This document shows, piece after piece, positions 38,941 to 49,470 of a stretch of 62,080 nucleotides of DNA (the stretch's first letter is position 1; each line of letters opens with the position of its first letter). Source of the stretch: Dyella sp. (GTDB taxonomy: Bacteria > Pseudomonadota > Gammaproteobacteria > Xanthomonadales > Rhodanobacteraceae); contig NZ_DATJMN010000008.1 in NCBI RefSeq assembly GCF_035508675.1, positions 1 to 62,080 of the forward strand. Direction: 5' to 3'. Below the pieces are notes generated by a model, which was not told where the DNA came from, ran no database searches, and was given only the letters and a program-made list of their open reading frames with translations. A program made the position numbers and the translations under genes.

Positions 38941-39905
38941 GATGTGGCCTGGTTCGCGTCGATCAACGCCGGGTTCATCCCAAGGATCTCCCGAGCGGAA
39001 CGCGCATCATGCCGCATTTGCTCCTTCAATGCGTCCAGTCCGTCGAATTTCATCTCGTCGCGCAGCTTGGCGACGAACTCCACCGCCATGCGCTGGCCGT
39101 AGAGATCACCCTCGAAATCGAACAGGTGCACTTCCAGCAGGGGCTCGGCCACTTCGTTGACGGTGGGCCGCACACCCAGGCTGGCCACGCCCGGCCAGCT
39201 GCATTCGCCCTCGCCCAGGCCCACGCGCACGGCGAAAATGCCGTCTACCGGGGTGACACGCTCGCGCAAGTGAATGTTGGCCGTGGGGAAGCCCAGATCG
39301 CGGCCGAGCTGGTTGCCGTATTCCACCTTGCCCTCGATCACGAACGGCCGGCCCAGCAGCGGTGCGGCGGCGCCGAAATTGCCGGCCGCAAGCAGCGCCC
39401 TCACCCGGCTGGCCGAGACGCGCTCGCCGTCCAGCAGCACGGCCGGCATGGTGTGTGCAGCGAAGCCGCGCGCCTTGCCGATGCGTTCCAGCATGGCGAC
39501 ATCGCCGGCGCGCTTGTGGCCGAAGCGGAAATCCGCGCCTACCCACACCTCGCGCACGTTGAGCCGGTCGATCAGCACGCGCTGGATGAAATCTTCCGGC
39601 GACATCGCCGTCAACGCCTGGTTGAAGCGCAGCAGCAGCGTGTGCGCCATACCCGCGGCGGCAAAACCCAGCAGCTTCTCGCGCACGCTGGACAAGCGCG
39701 GTACCGGCTCCTTGGAGAAGAAAGCACGCGGCAGCGGTTCGAAACTCACCACGATCGGCATGCAGCCGAGCGCCTGCGCACGCTGGCGCACTTCGCTGAG
39801 CAAGGCTTGATGGCCGCGATGCAGGCCATCGAAAGCGCCGACCGCAACCACACTGCCGCCGGGGGCCAGGCACGGCCCCGCGACGTCCCGGGACAGTTTC
39901 ATCAT
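38937..39905 (-). CDS. ribF: Riboflavin kinase/FAD synthetase
   Basis: GAFDGLHRGH, GADFRFG, GFPTAN, LEVHLFDF. Confidence 0.97.
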   Translation of the reverse strand: MMKLSRDVAGPCLAPGGSVVAVGAFDGLHRGHQALLSEVRQRAQALGCMPIVVSFEPLPRAFFSKEPVPRLSSVREKLLGFAAAGMAHTLLLRFNQALTAMSPEDFIQRVLIDRLNVREVWVGADFRFGHKRAGDVAMLERIGKARGFAAHTMPAVLLDGERVSASRVRALLAAGNFGAAAPLLGRPFVIEGKVEYGNQLGRDLGFPTANIHLRERVTPVDGIFAVRVGLGEGECSWPGVASLGVRPTVNEVAEPLLEVHLFDFEGDLYGQRMAVEFVAKLRDEMKFDGLDALKEQMRHDARSAREILGMNPALIDANQATS

Positions 39906-39921
39906 CCGCCCAGTATAGCGT

Positions 39922-41529
39922 TCACTCATGATGCAAATCGCGTAAACGAAAGCCAGCGGCGAACAGCGCCGCGACGTAAGTCGCACCGCCGCCACCGACC
40001 AGCACCGCCAATCGCCAGACGCGCCCGATCACCTGCAACTGCGTCCAGTCCGGCCAATACCAGCGACCCAGCAACAACACCAGCACCATCGCCGCACAAG
40101 CCAGCGCCAGCCGCGTCAGGTGGTGTCCCCAGCCGGGTTGTCGCTGATAGATGGCCGCCCGTCGCAGCCAGCGCCACAGCAATGCCAGGTTGATATAGCT
40201 GGCCACCGCACTGGCCATACCCAACGCCAGATGCAAACCCGGCACCTTCGACAGACCCTCCAGCAACGGCCCGGCCTTCAACGCAGGCGGCGCCCAATGC
40301 GCATACAACGCCAGCAGAAACACGCCATTGAGCAGCATGTTGGAAAGCAGCGACGCGACGCCGGCGCGCACCGGCGTATGCGTGTCCTTGCGCGCATAGA
40401 ACGCCGGCAACAGCACCTTCACCAGCGCGTAGGCCGGCACGCCGAAACTCAGCGCTGTCACCGACAGCGTGGTCATGCGCGTATCGAACGGCCGGAACTG
40501 CCCGTTCTGGAACAGCGTGGCGACCAGTGGCTGGGCCAGCAGCATCAATCCGAACATCGCCGGCACCGCAATCAGCAGGGTGGTGCGCAGGCCCCAATCG
40601 AGCGCCTTGGAAAAACCTTCGTGATCGGTCGCCACGTGGTGGCGCGACAGCGAAGGCAGGATCACCGTGCCCAGCGCCACGCCGAACACGCCCAGCGGCA
40701 ATTCCAGAAACCGATCGGCTTGCGACAGCCAGGTCTGCGAACCGGAAATCAGCAGCGAGGCGATTACCGTGTCGAACAAGAGATTGATCTGCGATACCGA
40801 CGAGCCGAACAAGGTCGGCACCATCTGCTGCATGATCCGCCGCACCGGCGGGTGGTTCCAGCCCCAGCGCGGCCAGGTCAGCAGGTCGAGGCTGCGCAAC
40901 GCGGGGAGCTGAAACAACAGCTGCAACGCACCCGCGGCAAGCACCGCCCAGCCCAGCGCCAGGATGGGCGTCTGCATGCGCCGCGACAACCACCATGCGC
41001 CGGCGATCATGCACAGGTTGAGAATCACCGGCGTCAGCGCCGGCAAGCCGAACCGATGGAAGCTGTTGAGCGCGCCGCCCGCCAACGCGGTCAGCGAGAC
41101 GAACAACAGGAACGGAAACGTAAGCCGCAGCAACTCCACCGTAAGCGTGAACTTGTATGGCTCGTCCACCGCACCCGGCGTGAATACCGTCGCGACCTGC
41201 GGTGCGAACAATACGCACAGCGCCGCCACCACCAGCAGCACGCCACCCAAGGTGCCGGCCACGCGTGACATCAGCTCCTTCAGTTCGGCGTGCGTGCCCT
41301 TCTCCTTCACTTCCGTGAAGACCGGCACGAAGGCGGTGGAGAACGCCCCCTCTGCGAACATGCGGCGCATGAAGTTGGGAATGCGGAACGCCACCCAGAA
41401 CGCATCGGTGGCGAGGTTGGCGCCGAACACGTGGCTGATCGAGATATCCCTGAGCAGCCCCAACACACGCGAAACCATGGTCATGCTGCTGAAGGAAAGC
41501 AGCCCGCGTAACATGCTGGGGGATTTCAT
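39922..41529 (-). CDS. murJ: Lipid II flippase MurJ
   Basis: SRVLGLLRD, DAFWVAFRIPNFMRRMFAEGAFS. Confidence 0.97.
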   Translation of the reverse strand: MKSPSMLRGLLSFSSMTMVSRVLGLLRDISISHVFGANLATDAFWVAFRIPNFMRRMFAEGAFSTAFVPVFTEVKEKGTHAELKELMSRVAGTLGGVLLVVAALCVLFAPQVATVFTPGAVDEPYKFTLTVELLRLTFPFLLFVSLTALAGGALNSFHRFGLPALTPVILNLCMIAGAWWLSRRMQTPILALGWAVLAAGALQLLFQLPALRSLDLLTWPRWGWNHPPVRRIMQQMVPTLFGSSVSQINLLFDTVIASLLISGSQTWLSQADRFLELPLGVFGVALGTVILPSLSRHHVATDHEGFSKALDWGLRTTLLIAVPAMFGLMLLAQPLVATLFQNGQFRPFDTRMTTLSVTALSFGVPAYALVKVLLPAFYARKDTHTPVRAGVASLLSNMLLNGVFLLALYAHWAPPALKAGPLLEGLSKVPGLHLALGMASAVASYINLALLWRWLRRAAIYQRQPGWGHHLTRLALACAAMVLVLLLGRWYWPDWTQLQVIGRVWRLAVLVGGGGATYVAALFAAGFRLRDLHHE

Positions 41530-41643
41530 GCGGGGGAGCGGCTCCTGAGTCAAGCGGTGCGTAGTTTGGCAGTAGTGCACGGGCCGCGAAAACGCGTCAC
41601 ACTCTCCCTGCGGAAAGGGGACCAAGGCGGAAACCCTAACCAC

Positions 41644-41672
41644 TTGACCTATCGGCAAATTGACGCCATAAT
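41644..41672 (+). promoter_or_regulatory. sigma70 promoter of rpsT
   Basis: TTGACC-17 nt-CATAAT. Confidence 0.7.
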
Positions 41673-41715
41673 TGCCGCCTTTTTCCAGCCCTAATATTCA
41701 TTCCGGAGTTCTACC

Positions 41716-41979
41716 TTGGCCAACATCAAGTCCGCGAAGAAGCGCGCGCGCCAGTCCGAGCAGCGCCGCCTGCGCAACGTCAGCGCCCGTTCCATGGTTC
41801 GCAGCGCCCTGCGCAAAGTCGTCAAGGCCATCGAGGCCAAGGACAAGGCAGGTGCCGTAGCGGCTTTCGCCGTGGCCCAGCCGGTGATGGATCGCTACGC
41901 CGCCCGCGGCCTGATCCACAAGAACAAGGCCGCCCGCCACAAGAGCCGCCTGAATGCCAAGATCCACGAGCTGGCCTAA
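41716..41979 (+). CDS. rpsT: 30S ribosomal protein S20 (TTG start)
   Basis: [25 protein letters not shown]. Confidence 0.98.
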   Translation: MANIKSAKKRARQSEQRRLRNVSARSMVRSALRKVVKAIEAKDKAGAVAAFAVAQPVMDRYAARGLIHKNKAARHKSRLNAKIHELA

Positions 41980-42003
41980 GCGCTAGTGGCATACGGGTTG
42001 GCG

Positions 42004-42032
42004 AAAAAGCCGGCGGAGACGCCGGCTTTTTT
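42004..42032. terminator. Bidirectional intrinsic terminator
   Basis: AAAAAGCCGGCG-GAGA-CGCCGGCTTTTTT. Confidence 0.9.
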
Positions 42033-42073
42033 GTGCCTGGGATTTAGCCCCGCCTCCGAGTCCGCCTAGATCA

Positions 42074-42252
42074 GCTCCCTCCCCTGCGATAGTAGGGGAG
42101 GGCCGGGGGGGGGTTGCTTGGGCTTTAGCGTGCAGCCGAATACCGCCATGAGGTCTCTGATCGCAACAAACACGCCGCAGCGACGTCAGGCTCCTGCCGC
42201 TCGCTGCGCTCGCACCCCACGTAGCCCTCCCCTACTATCGCAGGGAAGGGAA
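42074..42252. repeat. Composite REP doublet, inverted copy of 35720-35886
   Basis: Same REP units plus shared spacer motifs. Confidence 0.8.
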
Positions 42253-42314
42253 CAGCTCCTGGCGAGTGTGAGGCCGCACTGCTAAATGGGTGCCATCTAC
42301 CTGCACGCTAGCGG

Positions 42315-43046
42315 CTAGAACGAAGCGAGCTGCGCCTTCATCGCCCGCACCTCATCCAAGCTGCTCTGCTCGATATCCGGCGCTAGGTCCTTCAGCGCCG
42401 GATTGAGATAGCGCATGGAAGACTTCACCACCATCCGCGCCGAGCCATGAAACTCGTGCGCTCCAGTCAACCGCGCCACTTCGGCCAGGTTGCCGGAGCG
42501 AATGCCTGCCCCGGCCATGATCCTGATCCGATCGCCGGCCTGCTTGACCAGGCCAGCAATGACCTGCGCACCAGCCAACGCGGTCGCACATCCCCCCGAG
42601 GTGAGCACACGCTCGCAGCCCAGCGCCATGATGTCGTCCAATGCACGGCCCAGATCCGCACTGGCATCGATCGCGCGGTGGAAGGTCACACCCAGCCGGC
42701 CGGCGGCGCGCACCAGTTCGCGGCAACGCAAATCGACATGGCCATCCGCATCGAGCGCACCGATCACCACGCCGTCAAAACCCAGACTGACGCAGGTTTC
42801 GATATCACGCCGCATCATCTCGAAGTCGGCTTCGTCGTACAGGAAATCACCTGCGCGCGGCCGCACCAGCACATACACGGGAATGCGCACCCGCTCTCGT
42901 ACGACGGCCAACATGCCGCATGAGGGCGTGATCCCGCCTTCGGCCAAGCTACTGCACAGCTCGACGCGATCCGCGCCACCTTCCTGCGCAGCCACGGCGG
43001 AAGCCAGCGAACCGGCGGCAATTTCAAGCAAGGGTTGTTGGGACAT
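42315..43046 (-). CDS. cutC: CutC-family protein
   Basis: GADRVELC, GITPS, VRPRAGDF, TFHRAID, RVLTSGG. Confidence 0.94.
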   Translation of the reverse strand: MSQQPLLEIAAGSLASAVAAQEGGADRVELCSSLAEGGITPSCGMLAVVRERVRIPVYVLVRPRAGDFLYDEADFEMMRRDIETCVSLGFDGVVIGALDADGHVDLRCRELVRAAGRLGVTFHRAIDASADLGRALDDIMALGCERVLTSGGCATALAGAQVIAGLVKQAGDRIRIMAGAGIRSGNLAEVARLTGAHEFHGSARMVVKSSMRYLNPALKDLAPDIEQSSLDEVRAMKAQLASF

Positions 43047-44098
43047 CAGCTGTAGGTGGTCTGGTAGAGGCTGGGCGATGCCAGCAGGCGATCTTGTTGC
43101 TGCTTGTCGCAGACGGCATAAGTGAAGCCCTTCTGGATGGCGTACGCGCCGCACTCGCCATCGCGCCGCAAGGCGAGGAAGCCGACCTGCATATCCTTCG
43201 TCGCCTCCGGGCGTTTTTTCACGATACGGCGCACGGCCTCCTCGCAGGCCTCCTGCGGGCTGCGTCCCTGGCGCATCAATTCCACCACCAGGAAGCTGCC
43301 GGCGTTGCGGATCACTTCCTCGCCCACGCCAGTGGACGTGGCGCCGCCCACCTCGTTGTCGACATACAGACCCGCACCGATGATCGGGCTGTCGCCCACG
43401 CGGCCGTGCATCTTCCACGCCATCCCGCTCGTCGTGCAGGCGCCGGCAAGACGGCCGTTGGCATCCACGGCCAGCATGCCGATGGTGTCGTGATTGTTCT
43501 TGCCGCCAGGCATGCCGAGGTTCTGCAGGCTGCGGTGGTAATCAATGTTCTCGCTGTTGGCCACCGGCGTGTACTTGGCCTGCTTCAGCCATCCATGCCA
43601 GGCCTTTTCGGATTCGGGCGTAAGCAGATGTTCTTTCTTGAAGCCCTGCTGCAAGGCGAATTCCAGCGCGCCGTCGGCCACCAGCAGCACATGCGGCGTG
43701 TTTTCCATCACCTTGCGCGCCACCTGGATAGGGTGGCCGATATGTTCGATCGCCGCCACCGCGCCACAACTGCCATCGCCGTCCATGATGCTGGCATCCA
43801 GTGTCACGTGGCCGTCCCGATCGGGATAACCCGCGCGACCGACGCTGTGATTGTGCAGATCCGATTCGGGCACCATTACGCCTTTTTCCACGGCATCCAG
43901 TGGCCTGCCGCCCTTGCCCAGCACCGCCCAGGCGGCCTGGTTGGCCGGTATGCCGAAATCCCAAGTGGAGACGACGCGTGCGCCGACGTTGCCGGGGACG
44001 GAGCCCGCGAGCGTGGCGGCGCTGCGCGAGAGTTTGGGCAACGCCAGGGCGGATGTTGCGAGCAGGGTGGTCTTCAAGAAATTACGGCGATCGGTCAT
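43046..44098 (-). CDS. Glycosylasparaginase (Ntn hydrolase), Tat-exported
   Basis: DRRNFLK twin-arginine signal, HDTIGM autocleavage site, GRVGDSPIIGAG. Confidence 0.9.
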   Translation of the reverse strand: MTDRRNFLKTTLLATSALALPKLSRSAATLAGSVPGNVGARVVSTWDFGIPANQAAWAVLGKGGRPLDAVEKGVMVPESDLHNHSVGRAGYPDRDGHVTLDASIMDGDGSCGAVAAIEHIGHPIQVARKVMENTPHVLLVADGALEFALQQGFKKEHLLTPESEKAWHGWLKQAKYTPVANSENIDYHRSLQNLGMPGGKNNHDTIGMLAVDANGRLAGACTTSGMAWKMHGRVGDSPIIGAGLYVDNEVGGATSTGVGEEVIRNAGSFLVVELMRQGRSPQEACEEAVRRIVKKRPEATKDMQVGFLALRRDGECGAYAIQKGFTYAVCDKQQQDRLLASPSLYQTTYS

Positions 44099-44158
44099 GG
44101 GCATCTCCTGGTGTAGCAGAGCTGGATGATGACGGATAAGCCGCCTGTGCGCACGGGC

Positions 44159-44249
44159 GTAGGTTGGGGTGAGCGCATGCGAACCGCCAACATGGCGGTG
44201 ATGTCGTGCATGGCGGTGTTGGGGTTCGCGTGCGCTCACCCCAACCTAC
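44159..44249. repeat. GTAG-family REP inverted doublet (REPIN)
   Basis: GTAGGTTGGGGTGAGCGCATGCGAAC...GTTCGCGTGCGCTCACCCCAACCTAC. Confidence 0.88.
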
Positions 44250-45409
44250 ATCTGGCAAGCACCGGTGACGTGGCGCCAGGCCCAATCCCAAGCGATGCGC
44301 TCCTGCTCCAAGCGCACCTGGCGATACTCGCCTTCGCGCAGTGCGTGGTAGAGAAGCTGCTCAGCATCGTTGAGGTTGGGTAGCATGACGGCCGCATGCT
44401 GTGCCTCCTCCCTGCCCCACAACACCTTGAAGGCGAGCAACGTCGACTCGTCCATCATCAAGGAACGTGTCTGCGGAAGGTATGCACGCAAACGATTGAG
44501 AATGGCCAAGCCATGCGTGTCGATATCACCCCAGTAAAACACTGGTAGCGCCGTCAGCCACGGAAGTTTCGCCAGGGCCTCCACGGCGTAACCGCGACGC
44601 ATGAATACCACCGTGCCGGGCAGCGCTTCGCAGGCAAGGCCGGTGACGAGATTTTCGACGATCAACACGCGCTGGGCTGGCAGATTCAAATCCACGAACT
44701 CGCCGGCTGGCGCTTCGATATCGGATAGCCCGCCAAGCTGCGCACTGAGCTGCTTGTCGAGCAAACGCATGCGCAGACGATCGGGCGCGGCGCGCAAACC
44801 AGTGACGGTGAAGAAATCACCGGTAGCGGACATGCCGCGCAACGCGGCGACCCAGCAAGCAACCACGGCACGCCGCGATTCCACCCATTTGCTGTCGATG
44901 CCGGGAACCGGCAGCTGGCGCGGATAGAGATGCGCGCAAGGATGCTCGCGCAACCAGATCACCACCTTGCACAGACGCTTGAACTCCGCATCACTGAAGT
45001 CAGCCAGCACATCGAAATGACGCGACAGTTCCATTCGCCACGATTCGCTGCTTGCCCATGTCGCCAGCTCATCGAAGCGCCGCTTCGCCTGTGACCAGCG
45101 CACTGCTTGCCCAAGCTCTGCCGCGGCGGCGTCAGGACTGTCGAACTGCCAAGCACAGGGGACATGCTGTTCGCCGACGCGCGGCCAAATGCGTGTTTCA
45201 TAACGCACCACACCGCGACTTGCATGCGAAACCTCACGCCACTGCGCCAGCCAGCGATCGAAGCGCGTCCAATCCGCCAGCACGTCCGCCTCCGTCGGCG
45301 GCTCGGTGCCGAACGGCAATGGCCACTCGCCCTGCCCCAGCAACCAGTTGCGCCGCTGGTTCTTCCAGCGGGCTTCCAGCCGCTTGCGCAGTTCCTCAGG
45401 CGTCCGCAT
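44246..45409 (-). CDS. jetD: Wadjet nuclease JetD (DUF3322 + DUF2220 Toprim)
   Basis: YPRQLPVPGIDSKW, IVEN, YWGDIDTHG, RLEQE. Confidence 0.92.
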   Translation of the reverse strand: MRTPEELRKRLEARWKNQRRNWLLGQGEWPLPFGTEPPTEADVLADWTRFDRWLAQWREVSHASRGVVRYETRIWPRVGEQHVPCAWQFDSPDAAAAELGQAVRWSQAKRRFDELATWASSESWRMELSRHFDVLADFSDAEFKRLCKVVIWLREHPCAHLYPRQLPVPGIDSKWVESRRAVVACWVAALRGMSATGDFFTVTGLRAAPDRLRMRLLDKQLSAQLGGLSDIEAPAGEFVDLNLPAQRVLIVENLVTGLACEALPGTVVFMRRGYAVEALAKLPWLTALPVFYWGDIDTHGLAILNRLRAYLPQTRSLMMDESTLLAFKVLWGREEAQHAAVMLPNLNDAEQLLYHALREGEYRQVRLEQERIAWDWAWRHVTGACQM

Positions 45410-48400
45410 CGGCCTGCGCCTGGCGCGCTTTCTCCGGCAACGCCAGTCGCTTGTTGTTGTCGTCGTATTCGATCAGCAGCACGCCCGAATCATGGCGGCC
45501 GGTGATGTCGACGAAGCACGCGCCGCCGATGAACGGCTCCAGCGTCATCACCGATTTCAGTGGCGTGGCCACCACCATCTGGAAGCCGAAGTTCTCGAAG
45601 ATGTTCATCGCCAACGCGGTGAACTCGTTGTCGGCTTTGTCGAAGGCTTCGTCCAGCACCACCGGCGCATAGCGCGGCAGGTGGCCGTCGTCACCGCCGA
45701 GCTGGTAGCGCAATGCCGCGGCAAGACAAGTCGTCGCCAGCTTCTGCCGCTGGCCGCCGGACTTGCCGGCACCGCTGCGATACACCTCGACCGTGTCCAG
45801 CGTATTGGCATCTTTCTCCACGCCAACGAATTCCACGTGCTGGCGCACATCCAGTACATGTTCGCGCCAACGCTTGTGCTCTGGATCGTCGGCGGCCAGC
45901 TTTGCCACCAGCTGGCGCAGCACCGCGAACTGGGCTTCGGCACGCTCGCGGTCTTCGGTCTGGTGATGCGACAACACATCACGCAACTGCAGCTGGAATT
46001 CCTTCACTTCCGGCAGGCCGCGATCGGTCAGCTCGATCTGCAGGATGGTGCCGCGGTTGAACGGCACGCGCTCCAGGCTTTCGTTCACCTCGTCCATGCG
46101 CTGACCGATCGACTTGCGCGCCTCGGTCATGTGTTTCTGCAGCACCAGCAGGTTCTGCTTGCTCTGGCTTTGCAACAGCTCGAAGAAGCGTGCTTCGTGC
46201 TTGGGCAGGCCGTCCAGTTCCAGACGACGCAAACGAGAAAGAAAGCCTTCCACCGAATCCATATTCGGCGTGAAATCGGCACTGTCCTGCGGCCACTTGC
46301 GGCAGAAGCTGCGGAAGCATTCCTCGATGTCCTGGACCAAGGCGTTGTCGCGCGCGGCATGCTCGGCGAGCGCGTCATTCAAGCCGTCTTTTACCTGGTT
46401 GATCTGGCGATCGAGATTGTCCAGCGTGAGCGGGGCATGCTCCGGCAAGCGCGCGGCCAGTGCCACCGACTGTGCCGACGAAAGCGACATGGCATTCGCC
46501 AACTGCAAACAGGATTCGCGTCGCCTGCTGGCATCGTTGCGATCGCGGCCCAGCGAAAGGCGCTCGGCGGCCGCATCTTCTAAGGTCTTGGCGGCACGAG
46601 CGCGCGCAATCCGTTCATTGTCGAGCTGCTGCATGATCTGCTGCAGCGTGGCGTCACCGGCGCGCAATTGCTTGAGCTGGTCTTCGATATCGCCCAGACG
46701 GCGCAGCTTGGGTGCGACGTCGATCTCTTCCCATTCCAGGTTGGCCAGCGCGGCGGCGGCGAGCCGGCGGTCGCCATCGGCGTCACGCTCGGCCTTCAGC
46801 TTGTCCAGTGCGGCGGCGCTTTGCGCGATGGCCTGCGCCAGCTCCTGCCCTTCCCGCTCGAACAAGCCAAGCTTGTCGCGGTTGTCGAAGCCGAGTACCC
46901 AGTTGCGGCGATCGTCCACCGCGCGGCGGTCGTCTTTCTCGTAGCGGTCGCCGGGATGTTTCACCTGCCCTTCGCGGGTCAGCGCGCGCTCGGCGTGGCG
47001 CAAGGCGGCGGCCGAATCCACGCAGGTGTAATCGAAGCGCCGCGCCAACTCATGGGAAAGCCAGTCGCGGTGTGCGTGGTCGCGAATGTCCAAACGATGC
47101 ACCAGCGAACGGGATTCCAGCGTGCGGCTGCCAAACGCATCGGCACGACCCACGCGGTAATACACCAGCTTGCCGCCCAGGTGCGTCTTGTTGACCCAGG
47201 CGGAGACTTCCGCGTACTGGCGCTCATCCACCAGCAGCGACAGCGCAAAGCCATGCAGCACGCGCTCGATGGCGCCACGCCATGCCGCATGCTCGGTCTT
47301 GACCTGCAGCAGCTCGCCTACGAATGGCAAGCTGTTTTCGGACCAGCCCAGCTCGCTGCACAAGCGTGCGCGCATCGCCTGGATCGGCGCCGGGATATTG
47401 GACGGATTGCGCTTGAGCGCATCGATTTCCGCGCGTACGGTGGTAAAGCGCTGACTGGCTTGATCACGCTCGCGCTTGAGCGCGTCCATCTGTTCTTCCA
47501 GGGCCGCGGCACGATCGCGCGCGCCATCCAGCAACTCGCGCGAGCGGCCGACGATCTCGGCGAAGCCTTGCGCGGTGGAAGGTATGCTCCAACTCAATTC
47601 GTCGCAGGCTTTTTCCGCTTTGTCGCGGCGCTTCATGCGCTCGTCGCGCTCGCGGGAAACCTGTTCGTGTTCGCGTTCGAGCTGATCGATCAGATCGCCG
47701 CCTTGTTCGCGGCGCTGCTGTTCCAGATCGGCCAGGCGGCGGTCATGGTTCTCCAGCGTTTGCCGGCGCTGCGCGATTTCGCCTTCCAGGGCCTTGTCGC
47801 GCACCTGCAGTTCGGCCAGTTTTTCATCCAGCAGCACCAGGCGACGCTGCTCGCGCCAGGTGTCCACGCACAGATGCAATTCACGCAGGTTGCTGATGTC
47901 ACGGCGCAGCGTCAAAAGCGTTTCGTGTGCCGTGCGTGCAGGCACCAGCGTATCGACCTGTTCGCGTGCGATCACCACCGCCTTGTGCGCGGCATCCAGT
48001 TCGCCAAAATCGGTGACCAGGCGACTGGCGGCACCGAAGGTTTCCGGCTCGTCCAGCATGAAGCCGCGCAGGAAGGAATTGAGATCGCCCAGGTTCTTGG
48101 CCGACTGCGTCTTGTGCAGTAGCTTCAGCGCCATCTCGTTCTGGATGCCGAGCAGGCGCCGGAAGCGTTCGGCGTAACCGGCGAAGGTATCGAAGTGATG
48201 CACGTCATCGCCGAGGCGCGCCTTGAGCCTGCGCAAATCCAGATCGAAGCCTTGCAGTTCGGTCGCGACATCGAACGCGCGCTCGCACACCATGTAGTGC
48301 TTCTTTACGTCCGCCGAGGCCGAACTGTTGCCGGCCACCCAGAACAGGCGGATCAGGCTTACCGTTTCATCCTGTGCATTGCGGTATTCCAGCACCAGCG

Positions 48401-48806
48401 CGGACCAGGTGCTGCCCTTGCGCAGATACTGCGTGGCGATTTCGCCGGATTCGCCATCGTGCTGATCGGCCCAGGCGCCGCGCACGTAGGAAACCAGGCT
48501 GCGGTCGCGGCCACTGCGTTCGGCTTCGCGTGCGGCGGCGTTAAAGTCGACCAGATTGGGCGGCACCAGCAAGGCCGACATCGCGTCGAGCAGCGTGGAC
48601 TTGCCGGAACCGGAACGGCCCACGAACAGAAAACCACGTTCGGCGATGGGAATGTCGACCAAGCCGCTGAAGGTGCCCCAGTTGAGCACCTGCAGGCGGC
48701 GCATGCGGAACTGTTCGTCGCGCGGATCAGGCAGGTCAGACACAAACAAGGACGGCGTCGTGTCCTGTTTTGCCGGCTTGCGCACGGCCTTGGGCTTAGC
48801 GCTCAT
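45396..48806 (-). CDS. jetC: Wadjet SMC-like ATPase JetC
   Basis: [13 protein letters not shown], long coiled coil, KSGGQ signature, VVLDEAF. Confidence 0.92.
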   Translation of the reverse strand: MSAKPKAVRKPAKQDTTPSLFVSDLPDPRDEQFRMRRLQVLNWGTFSGLVDIPIAERGFLFVGRSGSGKSTLLDAMSALLVPPNLVDFNAAAREAERSGRDRSLVSYVRGAWADQHDGESGEIATQYLRKGSTWSALVLEYRNAQDETVSLIRLFWVAGNSSASADVKKHYMVCERAFDVATELQGFDLDLRRLKARLGDDVHHFDTFAGYAERFRRLLGIQNEMALKLLHKTQSAKNLGDLNSFLRGFMLDEPETFGAASRLVTDFGELDAAHKAVVIAREQVDTLVPARTAHETLLTLRRDISNLRELHLCVDTWREQRRLVLLDEKLAELQVRDKALEGEIAQRRQTLENHDRRLADLEQQRREQGGDLIDQLEREHEQVSRERDERMKRRDKAEKACDELSWSIPSTAQGFAEIVGRSRELLDGARDRAAALEEQMDALKRERDQASQRFTTVRAEIDALKRNPSNIPAPIQAMRARLCSELGWSENSLPFVGELLQVKTEHAAWRGAIERVLHGFALSLLVDERQYAEVSAWVNKTHLGGKLVYYRVGRADAFGSRTLESRSLVHRLDIRDHAHRDWLSHELARRFDYTCVDSAAALRHAERALTREGQVKHPGDRYEKDDRRAVDDRRNWVLGFDNRDKLGLFEREGQELAQAIAQSAAALDKLKAERDADGDRRLAAAALANLEWEEIDVAPKLRRLGDIEDQLKQLRAGDATLQQIMQQLDNERIARARAAKTLEDAAAERLSLGRDRNDASRRRESCLQLANAMSLSSAQSVALAARLPEHAPLTLDNLDRQINQVKDGLNDALAEHAARDNALVQDIEECFRSFCRKWPQDSADFTPNMDSVEGFLSRLRRLELDGLPKHEARFFELLQSQSKQNLLVLQKHMTEARKSIGQRMDEVNESLERVPFNRGTILQIELTDRGLPEVKEFQLQLRDVLSHHQTEDRERAEAQFAVLRQLVAKLAADDPEHKRWREHVLDVRQHVEFVGVEKDANTLDTVEVYRSGAGKSGGQRQKLATTCLAAALRYQLGGDDGHLPRYAPVVLDEAFDKADNEFTALAMNIFENFGFQMVVATPLKSVMTLEPFIGGACFVDITGRHDSGVLLIEYDDNNKRLALPEKARQAQADADA

Positions 48807-49470
48807 TCGCGCCCTCCTCCATGTTCTCGTCGGCTTCGCGCAACTGGCGATAGATCTGCGCCAGCGATTGCACGTCCTCGGCCGAGAACAACAACTTCAA
48901 GGCCGGCGACACTTCGTAGCGATCCTCGCTGCCACGCAGTTTTTCCAGCACGTGGTTTTCCTTCATCTTGGCGATCGACGCGGCCACGCGCTTGTTGAAG
49001 CCGGCGCGGTCGGTGGAAAGATTCTTCTCATACACGGACAAGGCGTCGACCAGCACGCTTTCTTCCACGACGGCGCGATGGCCTTGCGCATCCGCTTCGG
49101 CCAATTGCTGGCGCAGATACAGCAGCAGCACCGAATCGATGAAAGTGAGTGGTGACGAACGCAGTAGCACCGGCGTCTCCAGCTCGCCTGTGTCGGCCTG
49201 GCGGGTAAAGGCCACGCCCGCGTCGCGGTCGATCACCAGCTCCAGAAACAAATCGTTGAGACGCGCGCGCAGTTGTGCTTCGAAACGCAACACCGCAGGC
49301 CATAACTGGCTATGCCGCCCTGCGTCGATGCTCGGCCCGCTCAACAGTTGGCAAAGCGCGCGGCGCGCATCCAGCGGCAGCGTGCCGGTGTCGCCGTCGA
49401 ACAGGCTATCGTTGCGAGCTGGCTTGGGCTCCGGCTCGATGGCAATGGGTTCGTCTTCAAGCAAGTTCAT
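48796..49470 (-). CDS. jetB: Wadjet kite subunit JetB (DUF4194)
   Basis: [20 protein letters not shown], ~220 aa between JetA and JetC. Confidence 0.88.
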   Translation of the reverse strand: MNLLEDEPIAIEPEPKPARNDSLFDGDTGTLPLDARRALCQLLSGPSIDAGRHSQLWPAVLRFEAQLRARLNDLFLELVIDRDAGVAFTRQADTGELETPVLLRSSPLTFIDSVLLLYLRQQLAEADAQGHRAVVEESVLVDALSVYEKNLSTDRAGFNKRVAASIAKMKENHVLEKLRGSEDRYEVSPALKLLFSAEDVQSLAQIYRQLREADENMEEGANER

